Part shown: piece by piece, positions 1-12,019 of the stretch
How positions within the stretch are numbered: the stretch's first letter is position 1
Layout of the letters: each line of letters starts with the position of its first letter
Source: Paraspadella gotoi
Taxonomy: Eukaryota; Animalia; Chaetognatha
Assembly: GCA_051294375.1 (NCBI GenBank)
Contig: CM119269.1
Span: 22,803,808 to 22,867,807 of the forward strand
Length of the DNA: 64,000 nt
Direction: 5' to 3'
Notes under the pieces: model-generated
Told to the model about the DNA's origin: nothing
The model's input: the letters and a program-made list of their open reading frames with translations, nothing else
Database searches by the model: none
Position numbers and translations under genes: made by a program

Positions 1-69
1 GTGGCAATGGTGAAGTGGAGAGGGAATGCGAGATTAAATAAATCACAGCTCGGCGCGCTAAAAGATAAA

Positions 70-330
70 ATTGGTATGAAATTGGTACAACCAATATAAA
101 AATTATCCATTCATTTAATAAATACGCTATCTTGCCCCTGACTTTGGACAGGCTTTAGTGGTTTAAGGCCTCCATCACTCTTACAAGATAATGATATAGC
201 AAGTCCCTGCAAGCTTTCAATCAAGACTCTCTCACAGTCTCGTTTAATCACTCCCAGAGTACCCGGCTTCCCTATCAATGAAGTCGTATGATATTTCAAA
301 GAATGTTAGAATAATGTCTATCAGGAAATT
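70..330 (-). mobile_element. Degenerate interspersed repeat in the ABCC10 intron, possibly a Penelope-like 3' end
   Basis: Related sequence recurs at about 11640-11710, 14900-14950 and 28700-28800. Translation ERVLIESL...SDGG loosely resembles a PLE GIY-YIG C-terminus. Confidence 0.3.
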
Positions 331-464
331 CATCATTCAAATCAACCTATCATAAAAATCAGCCACTCATTAAAATCAATCCAATCGCGTAAATCACTCA
401 TTAAAATCTAACCAATAATTAATATCTGCAAACTTTCAAATCAATCAACCAAACCTTTTTATCC

Positions 465-560
465 ACCACAATCACTGTCAAATCACCATCACAATTACTG
501 TCGAATCACCATCACAATCATTGTCGAATCACAATCATTGTCGAATCACCATCACAATCA
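465..560. repeat. Short ~23-bp tandem repeat (AATCACCATCACAATCATTGTCG)
   Basis: About 4 visible copies. Confidence 0.75.
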
Positions 561-647
561 AATCAAATCCAATCAAATTAACTGAACACTAATTGAGCCA
601 ATCATTCTAATCTATTAATATTTTACAAACACATACATACCACTCAC

Positions 648-1116
648 CTTCCAAAGCCTGAGGAATCAAGACAAATAGATATGCGATTGTCATTGCTACG
701 TCTGAAGCCATTTTGATTCCAGCATCACTGTCATGGCGACGGCGGCGGAACAGCGCCACGCCGTGGAGGAGCCACGAAGCCGCCACAACGAGAAAGACAG
801 CGAGGTCGACCGTCGAGGGAAATCCCTGCGCGTGCTTGTAAAATGCCGGTAGAAAAAAGTGGATTATTGAAAGGACAAAAAGACAAATGCAGCAAAGAAA
901 ACGGATGAAAAAGCTTCTTGAAGCGGATCGTCCACTCGCGTCTCCAGCCACGCCTTTAAGGGCGCCAACAAAGTAGGCGGAGACGCCGGCGAGAATTGCG
1001 TGGGCCGGGAGGAAGAAGGCGACTTTGGTGAAGCAGACGTTGAAGGAAGATGTCGAAGAGTTCCAGACGATGAGGGGAGATGGTTCATCGCAGAGGGATG
1101 AGAGGAAGGACGGCAT
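648..1116 (-). CDS. ABCC10: First coding exon (TMD0 region) of an ABCC10/MRP7-like ABC transporter; gene continues off the left edge
   Basis: MPSFLSSLCDEPSPLIVWNSSTSSFNVCFTKVAFFLPAHAILAGVSAYFVG...AASWLLHGVAL resembles the ABCC10 N-terminus (LC...W...CF......HA.LA..SA.Y.G; AW..H..AL). Several hydrophobic helices. Canonical donor AAG|GTGAGT at 648/647, phase 1. Confidence 0.8.
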
Positions 1117-1255
1117 GATAGAGAGCGAGACGGTGACGGATCAAATGATAATCGATCAGTTTTGTTTGTTTTTTAAAAAATATTTATTGTTTTTCTTTTT
1201 TATTTGATCATATCTAGATGAAATAATACCTAAATAAATAGAGTTGTTACGGCCA

Positions 1256-1281
1256 GGATTCAAATGCCATTGCTGCCACCA
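1256..1281 (+). pseudogene. Degenerate tRNA-Leu 3' end (T-arm, acceptor strand and CCA)
   Basis: GGATTCAAATGCCATTGCTGCCACCA versus tRNA-Leu GGGTTCGAATCCCACCGCTGCCA+CCA. Followed by an overlapping hairpin and an A-run. Confidence 0.45.
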
Positions 1282-1500
1282 CATTACAGTGTGGTGCAAA
1301 AAAAAAAAAAGAACACTTTTCAAACTTAAATTGCGCACATTTAACCACATATTATAAAAATTTGTAAAGTATAAATACTTGACCATTTTGTATTGAATCC
1401 ATTCTGTCTAAAATTCTGGACACCGTCTTTGCTTGTGACTTTTCTAAGAATATAATCCACTTTGGTTTCATGCAGAAATCCCTGTCTGCTTACTTAAATG

Positions 1501-1544
1501 TGGTGGCAACTGTAGGATTTGAACCCACGCCTCTGAAGAGACTG
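1501..1544 (-). pseudogene. tRNA-Leu 3' half with encoded CCA, flanked by 19-bp direct repeats
   Basis: Minus strand CAGTCTCTTCAGAGGCGTGGGTTCAAATCCTACAGTTGCCACCA matches the tRNA-Leu variable arm, T-arm and acceptor plus CCA. Flanks are ctgtctgcttacttaaatg (1482-1500) and ctgtctactcacttaaatg (1542-1560). Confidence 0.8.
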
Positions 1545-2701
1545 TCTACTCACTTAAATGATTTATTAAAATGACTCAGTAATACGTCAGAACAAATTTA
1601 GCATTTAAAGATAGAAAACAGATTGACAGACTGACCTACTTTTATGGAGTTAATCCGCAACAAGCGACAAATAATTTGTTGTTGTCGTTTTGATAATCTT
1701 TTGTTAAAATTAAGTATCGATATTAAATATACTATATTAAATATCGTGTATATTTACATTCAATATATTAAATTCTTTTATATTAATAATCGGTTAGTAT
1801 TTTTAAAATAATATTTGACTGTTTTTAGAATTCGATATAAATATGTACAAATAATTTTTAAACAATATAGTTTAATAAACCTGATATAATGTAATAACCT
1901 ACGTATACAAAATATAATCACCACATATATAAACCTTATACAAAACCGTATGGTTTTATGGTTACAAAAATAAAAATATTTTTCTCTCTATTTTTTAAAA
2001 ACATTTTAAATAAAATTTATCGAACAGAAATATCATTCTATTTTAGTGACGAAGGTCAAAACTGACGCGAAAGTTGAAAGTGAAAAGTGAAAATAACTTT
2101 CGTGATTAAAAAAAAATTATTAAATGATTCCTTAATGTTTTCTTCTTTAAAAAAATGAATAGAATTATGACAACTGTGTAGTTGTTCGTCCACACAACTA
2201 TTAATAATTATTCGGGGATTAATTGTTGAAGAGACATCTCATGCGCAGAAATGATAATAACTCCGGATTGTCAATTATATGCTTAATTAAATGATTATAA
2301 ATTAATAATAATTCGTGATTAATTATCACATTTAGAATTATTTTTTCAAGTCTTATTTTTATCAGCATGAATCAGTCTGCATTCACCATCAAAAAAGCAA
2401 AGAAATGGTAGGGATTCAGCTCCCCGACATATTCCCAGGCGCATTTAAACCCCCCGACTTTCTTACCTTCAAAGACAAAGTGGCTTGACTCTCTTCCTAA
2501 CTTCTTAAAGCACTTAAACAGAAAAGCATCGGGTCTTGGGCTTTGGAACATGACTTTAAGGTTTTGGGCTTTGGAACATGGCTTTAAGGTTTTCCAGACA
2601 CCCAAGGAGGCTTACGACAGTCTTCACGCTTCCGTTGTTAGATACCCATGGCCCATGAAAAGTTGATTTTACTTATAAGGATCATAAAAGAAATGACCCT
2701 T

Positions 2702-2857
2702 TATGGTGGACTAAAATCCACCAACCGTTCATCAGCGGCCATTGGTGCCGGAGGCCAGTCATTCGCCTCCCAACCCAAAGGTCCGGGGTTCTAGCCCGGT
2801 GGCCGCCTAGCAGTTAAAAGGGCTTATATTGAACGGTTCTGTCACTAACACATAACA
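2702..2857 (-). mobile_element. Helentron/HINE-like non-autonomous element (internally deleted copy) carrying a tRNA-like insert
   Basis: Subterminal inverted repeats AACCGTTCA (2723-2731) and TGAACGGTT (2830-2838), with adjacent hairpin TGGTGGA-CTAAAA-TCCACCA. Homologous to 9752-9982 and 10195-10415. Confidence 0.6.
2735..2807 (+). pseudogene. tRNA-like sequence (SINE-head type) inside the HINE-like element
   Basis: 73 nt. Perfect acceptor stem GCGGCCA/TGGCCGC, T-stem CCGGG/CCCGG with B-box-like GGTTCTAGCCC. D and anticodon arms are degenerate. Confidence 0.6.
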
Positions 2858-2939
2858 ATAGTTACTGTCTCTTCACCTTAATTGTGAAAATCTTTATCTT
2901 TATTTATTTAATTTTTATTTAATTATTTTTAACTTCCTG

Positions 2940-3420
2940 TCACACGTTCCCGGGAAAAGGAAAAGGTCCGCCTTACCAACGAACGAACTTACTCGTTCGC
3001 CCGGCCCCGCGGTCGACGCGTCTTCGAAAAACAAGATTCTTATTTAACTTACCTTTTTCGTAACGAGAAAGACTAAATTTTTAACTTACCCCAGATTTAA
3101 TCTGAACGGGGAAGTAGTCTATATTCAAACTCACCCCCGGACATCGAAGTCACTCGGTACGTTTCGTCCCGACCTGAAATCGTCTCGCTCTCTCTCCGTC
3201 ACTCTCTCTCGCGGGCCTCCCTGTCTCGCTCTCGCAATCCGGTTTTACAACATTTTTTTTATATATCGTTTCTCGACATCCGGGTTTTGATCTTTGATTA
3301 AATTAACATTAATTCTAGTTACATCCCGGAATCGTTCCTTAAGTTTCGGCCGGGGATTTTTAGTCGCAGTGACATCCCAGTCACGCGCTTCGGTTTGAAA
3401 AAATACGGGGACCAGCGACC
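2940..3420 (-). promoter_or_regulatory. CpG-rich island with several minus-strand donor-like motifs; candidate promoter or 5'UTR exon of ABCC10
   Basis: High CpG against an AT-rich background. ACTTAC/ACTCAC (GTAAGT/GTGAGT on minus) near 2988, 3047, 3084 and 3129, about 2 kb upstream of the ATG. Confidence 0.3.
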
Positions 3421-3424
3421 CGGA

Positions 3425-3740
3425 AAAAGTCAGTGCAATAAAGTGAGAAGAGAAAGAGAAAAGAAGAGAAAGAGAAGAGAAAGAGAAGAGAAAGTCAGTG
3501 CAATAAAGTGAGAAGAGAAGAGAAAGAGAAGAGAAAGAGAAGAGAAGAGAAGAGAAAGAGAAAAGAGAAGAAGAGAAAGTCAGTGCAATAAAGTGAGAAA
3601 GAGAAGAGAAAGAGAAGAGAAGAGAAAGAAGAAGAAAGAGAAGAGAAAGAGAAGAGAAAGTCAGTGCAATAAAGTGAGAAGAGAGAGAAAAGAAAGAGAA
3701 AGAGAAAGAAAGAGAGAAGAGAAAGTCAGTGCAATAAATT
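3425..3740. repeat. GA-rich minisatellite punctuated by AAGTCAGTGCAATAAA
   Basis: Motif repeated 5 times, separated by (GAGAA)-type tracts. Confidence 0.85.
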
Positions 3741-5005
3741 CATCAGCGATGGCCCTGATTTACGATTTGAGAGTAGAGCAATTGACGTTTTCGATAATTA
3801 CCATTTTTGATTGTGGAGATTTACATTTTAGGAGTTGGAATTAAAATGTTTTCGATGCTGATGATTTTATGATTAAAAGTTTTTGTATCAACATAATTTT
3901 TATTTTGCTTCTACAACAATAGTTTTTCCTTTCAATGAGCGTACAATGTTTCGCTTACAATGTTTGCCTTCCTCTTTGTTGAAAATCGAAATGAGACAAA
4001 AATTATTTGACCTAACGAGAAAAACAACTATGAGGAAGCGATGAATACATAATAACATACTGTTACAGAGAATGAAATATTTGACGTTTTTTCATATAAG
4101 GCGACTGGATTGTTGGGGAAGATTAAAAAGCTGAAAGCTGGAAATCTAAGTTTGTAAAATTAAGAGTAAAGAAAGTCGATCTATATGATATTGAGAGTAA
4201 ATTAAAGAGCGAATTCATTTAATATTATAGATTTTGAGTTTGAGAGCGACGAACGTTATTTCATTCGACGCTGGAGATTTATAATTTACGGTCCTTTCCA
4301 AAATTCCTCCCCCCCAAACGAAAACCGGGGAATCTTAATTGAAAATATTGAAATACTTGTAGGTAATGATATATCGTACTTAACAGTTTTCATTCATTCA
4401 TTTATTCGTTGATCCATCAACTAATTCATTCATTATTTCATTTATGATAATTTTATTGCTCATTTATCAATTAACTTAAAATTAAATGTATTTTTAAAAT
4501 GGTTTAAAAAAAAATGAGGGTACCTGTGCATTTGTCTAAAATAGATTTCGTCATACTCCGCCGTGAAGTGCACCGACGGATAATTGGGAAACTAAAAATT
4601 AAACGAAAGGACAATTCACGTTTCAAACGACTAAACTTTACTAGTCTAGACTTAATAAATTAGCAACTAACTATAATCCATTAATTAGCATTTATAATCT
4701 ATCGAAATTGATTATTTTACTAGAAACTGATCTTTTTGAGTTGTGCGCTCAGGTTTATTTTAGCTATTGTAAATATATTTCTTTTCCAGATAAATCTTTT
4801 TAAACGATTCCTAAAAAAATATAATTATATACTACTCTCTATTAGTCCAAATTATGTTTTGAACTTATTTTTAAATTTGATTTTCGGACCGAAATTAATT
4901 TTTCCTTCTTTCAAATTCCTCTGCGGATCTACTTTACGCGCGCGGAGGAGCACGAGTTCCCAGGACCGCATCACCGCCTTTCGCGAGCGCGCGCGCGTGA
5001 CTCGG

Positions 5006-5099
<94 letters not shown>

Positions 5100-5267
5100 G
5101 TGACTTGGTTTCGTCCCCTCGTCGTAGTTTTTCACGTGCAGCAATCGCCGCTTCCGCCGCCGCTAACCGCCGCCGCCGCCTGCGCCGCCGCCGCCACTGG
5201 ATCCCGGGCGAAGGATTAGAGCGCTCGTGCGAAAAAGAGAAAAAACTCGGCGGAGCGCGCGGGATAT

Positions 5268-5430
5268 AATCGGTGGAATCGGTGGAATTGGTGGAATCGG
5301 TAGAATTTGTGAAATTGGTAGAATAAGTGGAATCGGTGGAATCGGGGGAATCGATGGAATCGGTGGAATTTTTGAAATTGGTAGAATAAGTGGAATCGGT
5401 GGAATCCGTGGAATTGGGGGAATCGGTGAA
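5268..5430. repeat. 9-bp minisatellite (GGAATCGGT) with a higher-order repeat
   Basis: Directly visible; produces spurious GIG/STD ORFs. Confidence 0.85.
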
Positions 5431-6337
5431 AAACATCAAAACAGCTCATCGCACTACAATCGGAAAGTTACGAAAAATCGGATTAATTTTAATATACTAC
5501 AAGGATAATAACAACGAAAACAAATATATACAAGCATAATCAGAATTATTGGATATTATAATAATTTTTATTAACTGTAATTTTTACGCAACGGTTATTA
5601 AAATAAAAATAAATAATAACTACAAAAAAGTTTAATTTCTTTTACTTTTTCATCAGCAAATCGATATTAACTAACGAAATGAAAATAATCAATATTTAAA
5701 AAAAAATTAACGACAAAAAATTGATCTTCTAAATTATCCCGGTAAGTAATAATAAAAAACTATTATTTTTTAGCAAAGTAATGGACAGGACAATGATCTG
5801 GGGTTAATAAGAAAAGCTTACGATTTATTAAATTTATTCAGGTTTTAAATATATTTAGGTATTCATATTTTTTAGCTAAACTAAATAAAAAGCAGAACTT
5901 TTTACATAAACGCCCGATTTTTGTTCCTAATCCCCCAGGCTAATCTTCAACCAAATAAATAATCTAATCTCAAACCTTAATCCTTGATCTGATAACTATC
6001 TTTGACCCTTGAATTATCTTAAAATCCTCAAAAACTAAATCAGACTTCGTTTTAACTTAAATGGGCAGCTATTGATAAATATTGTCGTAAGGGTAACGAT
6101 TTAGTCAGTAAACGCAGAAATTAATTGCAAAAATGGAGGATGTTAAACACATGAGCCACAATGACATCAGCTTTTGAAAAAATCTTTTTTTTAAACTTTC
6201 CAGTTTCGAGAATCAAACAATGAAATTTGCATATTAATTAATTTGCAAATATTCTCTCTGTACACAAATGAAAGAGAAATTTGNNNNNNNNNNNNNNNNN
6301 NNNNNNNNAGATGAGCTGAGAGAGAGAGAGAGAGGGA

Positions 6338-6443
<106 letters not shown>

Positions 6444-6529
6444 GAAAGAAGAAGGAGAGAAAGAAAGAGAGGGAGAGAGAGAGGGAGAGAGAGAGAAGAA
6501 AGAAGAAAAAAAAGTAACTCGCTTGTTAA

Positions 6530-7578
6530 GGGGACCAAGTGAACAGGGGGGGAAAAAGCTGAAAACATAACGTTTGACCCTTTAACTTAGCTGGTTCTGA
6601 CCATATAATTTTTTTCTATAATCATTTTGGGAAAGTAGTTAAAAAATTCGATAAAATCAGCGAGCTTAATTTTCTTTAAAAATCGGTAAGAAGAAAATCT
6701 TTTTCAAGTTTAAATTTTTTTTCCAAAAAAGGGTAAGATCTAATTTTAAAAAGATTTTCAGCTTTTCACAAAAATTTATAAGAAAAAAACTAGGAATGAA
6801 TCAAAATTAAGGTATCGACTGATTTTATTTAAACTTTCTTTTTTAATGATTCTGTTAATTGAATGAAAATAAAATTCTTTAAAGTAATATAAATATAAAA
6901 AAAAGAAAGATTCTGTACTTTTGCTAAATTTTTAATTATTATAATAAAGAATCAATATAGTTTAATAATAATTTAAAGGATGAATATGAATATTAATTAA
7001 TAATTATTTACAGTTTGTTTCTGTAAGAATAGAATTTAGGTTTGATTTGTCTGCTTTTAAGTAAATATAAAAATATAAAAAATATTAAGTCTTGTAAAGC
7101 CTTTGTTAATGAGGCTTAAACCTAAATTGTAGCTTTGTACAATAAAAATAAAAAATTTGGAATTTAGTAAAAAATACTTGTAGCCTTTTGCCTCTCGGCA
7201 CTTTTACCGAGATAACCTCCAAACTCGAATAATAATAATATCTTTGATGATCTTTGGTTACCAAAGCAGACGGTTTTTAGTTCCAATGTGAAAGAGACAT
7301 GTTACCGTATTAATAAAATTGCCTTTTATCCTTCGTCGGTGTCAAGGTGTTCACTATCTACAACTGGCTGAGCCCGACCTAAGAAACTTTTTAATTTTGC
7401 CTTACCTCGGATAAAAACTATACAATCAGCCTGCCTGCTAATAAACTGGCCCTTAGTTACTTATTCTACAAACAATAGTCTGTTCTATTCTTGCAAATAA
7501 AATCGAAGAAAAAATTAAAACTACAACTTGTCAAAGCGGGGGTGAAGCTTATGATATCATTTTTATCACTGGGTCCCC
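6530..7578. mobile_element. Non-autonomous TIR DNA transposon, Kolobok-like (TTAA TSD, GG termini), copy 1
   Basis: TTAA|GGGGACCAAGTGA ... TCACTGGGTCCCC|TTAA. Second copy at 41761-44348. No ORF. Confidence 0.8.
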
Positions 7579-7804
7579 TTAAGGATTCATCGATAAATGT
7601 AAGTTTAGAGAAATTATAGTTTACTCGGCAAAGACAGAGAGCGAGACAGAAAAAAGGAGGAAAAGGAGACTAAATTAGAGAAAATGTGGAAAATAATGAA
7701 AATAAAAAAGAAGTTAAAAGGAGTTAAAGAAAAGGTTATGGGAGAGGAAAAAACAAAAAGAAAATAAAAACAATCGGAGAGAGAGAGAGAGAGAGAGACA
7801 TACG

Positions 7805-7847
<43 letters not shown>

Positions 7848-9751
7848 CTTATATTTTTTACATACTTGTATTGGGAGATGTTCATTCGTTTCGGTCGACG
7901 CGGTGGATGCAAGTTTTCGCTTGAATCGATTTCTTATTTAAAATCCATGGTCAAGCCTTTTATAAAAATAGTAATATATAAGGGTTAGATTCTGAAAAGA
8001 TGTAGCGGTCTGGGCAGGGCTCAAGCAAATGGTAGCCTTGAGGCTGCGAGCGGAATTTCATTTTTTCATGTATATCTAAAATGCATTTGAAGTGAACTGG
8101 TTTAGAAACCCACTCTACGTAAACTTACGTAAACGTATAAACCAAGCTCTGTCTCAGATAAGGAAAAAGAACCCAAACTCCATTTGACTTTATATTATGG
8201 AAAAAAGCCATGTTTTCTCTATCCATGAGCCTAAAAAAAGGAGGCTAAAAATTTTCCAAGGCTTGATTGGCTTGTTGGTAATCAAAATGAACTTGCCATT
8301 TTTTTAGCTCCCAATTTTCCCAACGTCATGCCCACGAAGAAGTCCATTTGAAATATACATGGTAGAAAGTCTCAGTGTCTTCTACTTTCATTTTCAGTGC
8401 TGAGACTGGCGCGAGGTTAATATTCTAAACGTTAAAATAAAATCCGAAGAAATCAAAAGGGCTGTTTGCTTATCGATTTGAACCATTTTATATTGGACCC
8501 AAACGAGCATAACTAGATCTACCGCGAATCCGAATTCCGAAAGCCATGGTCCTTGCGATCGGACGAGCAACCGCGGTTTGCGAAAGAGGAATTTATTATA
8601 ATAAGAAAAGAAAGACAAAATTTAAAAGCTTAAAAACATTTTATAAAAATGGTATTAATTAATAACAAATATTTATTAGGAGAATAATAGTAAATTTAAT
8701 AAAGTATTTATTAGGTATTTCATTAAACGCCGTGCTCGTCTTGCCTTTGTTTTGAATCCTCTCGTTCTACGAGCCGCGTCGATATGTTCATTTGTCTTGA
8801 GAAAGAGGGAACTGGAGAAACGCGGACCCTCCCATCGGCATAAATGATCTCTTTATTGATGATACATGGCTGCAACTGCGGTCACCGATTACGGGAAACA
8901 ACAGCACAGTCGTAGCAGATTTTTATAAAGTATTTGTGATACTAATTATAGTTGCATACTAATTATTTAATGCACCCTCTTATTTTTTCAACCACGTATT
9001 AAAACCCTAAGTTTTTGGCTTGTCCAGTCTTGGGTGACCGTTTGGCGAGAGATCATTTTTCAAGGCAGTCCGCAAAGGTAATATAGGTTAAGAAGAAATT
9101 CGCCTCTGTATTTTAGTGTCCTTTATTTGTCACTCTTCTCTCTACATAGCCAGTTTTCTGATACGCGGTCATTTGTATATTTTTACCTTTGCATTTTGAG
9201 ATGACCGGCTTTTTCAGTTGTTTCCTGTGAACATTTTGGATACACGTCGCTCGTCCGAAAAAGCGTTGTTTTTACGAGTTTACACTACATTATTTTTGTC
9301 AGATTTTTGCCAACGTTCTGACTACATGGTGAGTGACCAAATTTTATCAAGCGCCGGATAAAAAAACAGCATGGTCATTTTCAAACCAGTCGGATATTTA
9401 ATTGATTTTTAAAATTAGTTTGAGTAGAAAATATTAAAAGTCATTTATGTGTTCAATTATTTATATTGACTCAGTTAAAGATTATGGCTATATAGACAAT
9501 GAGTGGGAGAATAGTTGGACTATGTACAAAGTATCAGGTATTCATTTTCTAACTAACTATTTTCTAAATTAATTTTTTTTTGTGCTTACATTTACAGGTA
9601 AGTTCGTAAGAAAATATATGAAAATAAAATAATATTTAAATATTATATTTTCCGAAAGACCTTACAAAATACTAATGAGAAATAGACGTATTGATACAAA
9701 AATACAGGATGAATTAGTATATGAAGGACAGTGAAGGATTGTATGGAAGTA

Positions 9752-9982
9752 TAGTGACAGAACTGCGTTCAATATAAAGTCAGTTCCCTGCAGAGCCTTC
9801 GGATCAGGCTGTAACGACCCATTGTGTACAGGCGGGTTAGATGTACCCCCGTCCTCTTAACTGCTAGGCAGCCCCATCCGGGCTAAGAACCACTGGACCT
9901 TTGGGGTTTGGGAGCGCGAATGACTTGCTCCAGCACAGAATAGGCTGCTGACCTGACACGGTTGGTGGTTTTAGCCACCATA
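9752..9982 (+). mobile_element. HINE-like element copy (indel-rich)
   Basis: TAGTGACAGAAC..GTTCAATATAA start, antisense tRNA-like body, terminal GGTGG..CCACC hairpin. Confidence 0.6.
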
Positions 9983-10194
9983 CATCCCCCTCCCGTAGTG
10001 AAGAAAATCTGGTTGCGCTCTCAGTGAATTGTTGTTGGTGGGAAAGATGCCGTCACCAAGCTTGATGGCATGTTCGCCGATGAGTTTGTTGGCGAATACG
10101 TTGGCATCGCCAGGTTGAGGCCTGTCGCCTGAAAGTGTTTGTTGCTGTTGTTCGCGGAAGTTCGGGCGCTCCCCAATAAGAGACCAGTTGATAA

Positions 10195-10415
10195 TGTTAT
10201 GTGTTAGTGACCAGAACCGTTTCAATATAAGCAGTCACTAGCTTAGGATCAGGCCTTAACACCATGTTACAGGCGGGTTTAAGGCGCCCCGTCCCTCTTA
10301 ACTGCCTAGGCAGCCACTGGCTAGAACCCCGGACCTTTGGGTTTGGGAGCCGAATGACTTGCTCCAGCAAACCAATTTGGCCGCTGATAACGGTTGTGGA
10401 TTTTAGTCCACCATA
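10195..10415 (+). mobile_element. HINE-like element copy
   Basis: Same structure as 9752-9982; reverse complement of 2702-2857. Confidence 0.6.
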
Positions 10416-12019
10416 GTATAAAATTTAAACCGGCCCAGCTTTAATTTAATTAGGATACTCCAAAACGAAGACATCTTTCCAAAAATCAATAGCTGGGAGG
10501 TAAATTTAAGATTTTATTAAAATTGTGATTGCTGTTCTTAAATCTTTTTTTCAGCGTTCTTTCATTGATTACTTTTATAATAATAATTTTTTGTTTTATA
10601 ATTAATTTAAATAGGTCATATATTTTTAAAAAAAGATTTAAAATTTTAGATAATTCATTTTTGACTCACTTGATCGAACCAAGGCTGGGAAGCTTAATTT
10701 TTATGTTTAGAGCTTTCGTAAAGTATATCATTTTCTTTCATTTTATTTTAAGGGCTTTCTTGAGGATATTATATTGTTAAATCTTAAATAAATAGTTTGT
10801 TTAAAAAAGTGTTAAAAGTTGAAAAAAAAAGAATTTAAAAACAGTGAGTTGGAAAATGAAACTCCGATTTTACAAGCCAACTTTCTCTACTCATTGGTCA
10901 AGGCATATCTTAACTGATCAATATAAAATTTGAATACATAAATGACTTTTTATATTTTCTACTCAACTAATTTTAAAATCAATGAATAACCACTGGTTTG
11001 CCAAATGACAGCGTTTTTTTACCGGCGCTTGTAAAATTTCACCATGTACAAGTGTACATTTGTGTCACCGAAAACACAGTTTACTGGGAATTCGCGTTCT
11101 ACACTAGCGGAGATTCTTCAGTCAGTGAGACTCTTGTCATAACCCTTCTTATTGGACCGGCGATGCTTCGAACGCCTTGGGACCGAAGCGTGGAGACTGC
11201 ATAAAGTCTTTTACAATAGAGTAAAAAAGAGACAAGAGGAAAGAAAGAGGAGGAGAGAGAGAACTACGTGAAGGACTTGATGCCATGGATCTCTCTCTAA
11301 AAAATATGAAAAAGCCCTCTGAGATTCATGTGTGGAGTGAAAGAAGCCAGGGCTTAGTTCTATTTTTTTTAAATCCTCCGTTTGTACCATAATTTTTTTT
11401 AAATTTGTGCCTCTCACTCTCGTCTCTCTCTGTCCCTTTCTCCCTCTCTCTCTTCCTCCCACTCTTTATATTTTTTTGTTATTTCATTTAGACTGCCTTG
11501 AAAAAAGGAATTTTTCAATGTAAATCGAAATATTAGCAAAAAAAAATTAAAAACTTAACTTGTATAATCCCACCAAAAAATGTCATATCTCAATATATTT
11601 CACCTGTGGCATGAGATGTTTCTTCAAAATTAAATAAAATTGGAACAACCAACATAAAAATTATGCATTAATTTTAATAAATTAGCTATCTTGCCCTAAC
11701 TTTGGACAGGTTAATATTCGGTGTGCGAGCAAACAACAAACAACAACACGCAACCTCGCGTTCCAAAAACTGTCCTTACAACTTACCCTCGATCATTTTC
11801 CTCATTCTCTTTATGGTCATCTTTGACCTTGTAAATATCCATTGTTATAACTTTAGCTCTGAGCCCTTTTGACTGTTATCCAGTTTTTAACCTTTGTTGA
11901 AGAATAATTATCTTACTCTGAAACTTGTTGCGTACACACGTGGTGAGCCCCGTGAAAAACAAAACAAAAAAAAAAGAAATAAACAAAAATATCTCTCAAA
12001 CACAGTTTTTTTTCTCTCC

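Larger units (their letters stand above)
9323..11048. repeat. ~190-bp diverged inverted repeat arms (9323-9520 and 10875-11048) enclosing two HINE-like copies
   Basis: aagcgccggataaaaaaacagc...aaaattagtttgagtagaaaatattaaaagtcatttatg approximately reverse-complements 10935-11030. Confidence 0.65.

Noticed and set aside
2700-2740. CTGATGA on the minus strand followed by a hairpin, resembling a hammerhead
   Set aside because: No GAAA or cleavage triplet after the stem; it is part of the subTIR and hairpin.
3425-3740. Constant 16-mer with variable spacers as CRISPR-like
   Set aside because: Spacers are low-complexity GA expansions.
9983-10194. GC-rich spacer with GEYVGIA resembling a nucleotidyltransferase piece
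   Set aside because: Too short, bounded by stops, no splice support.
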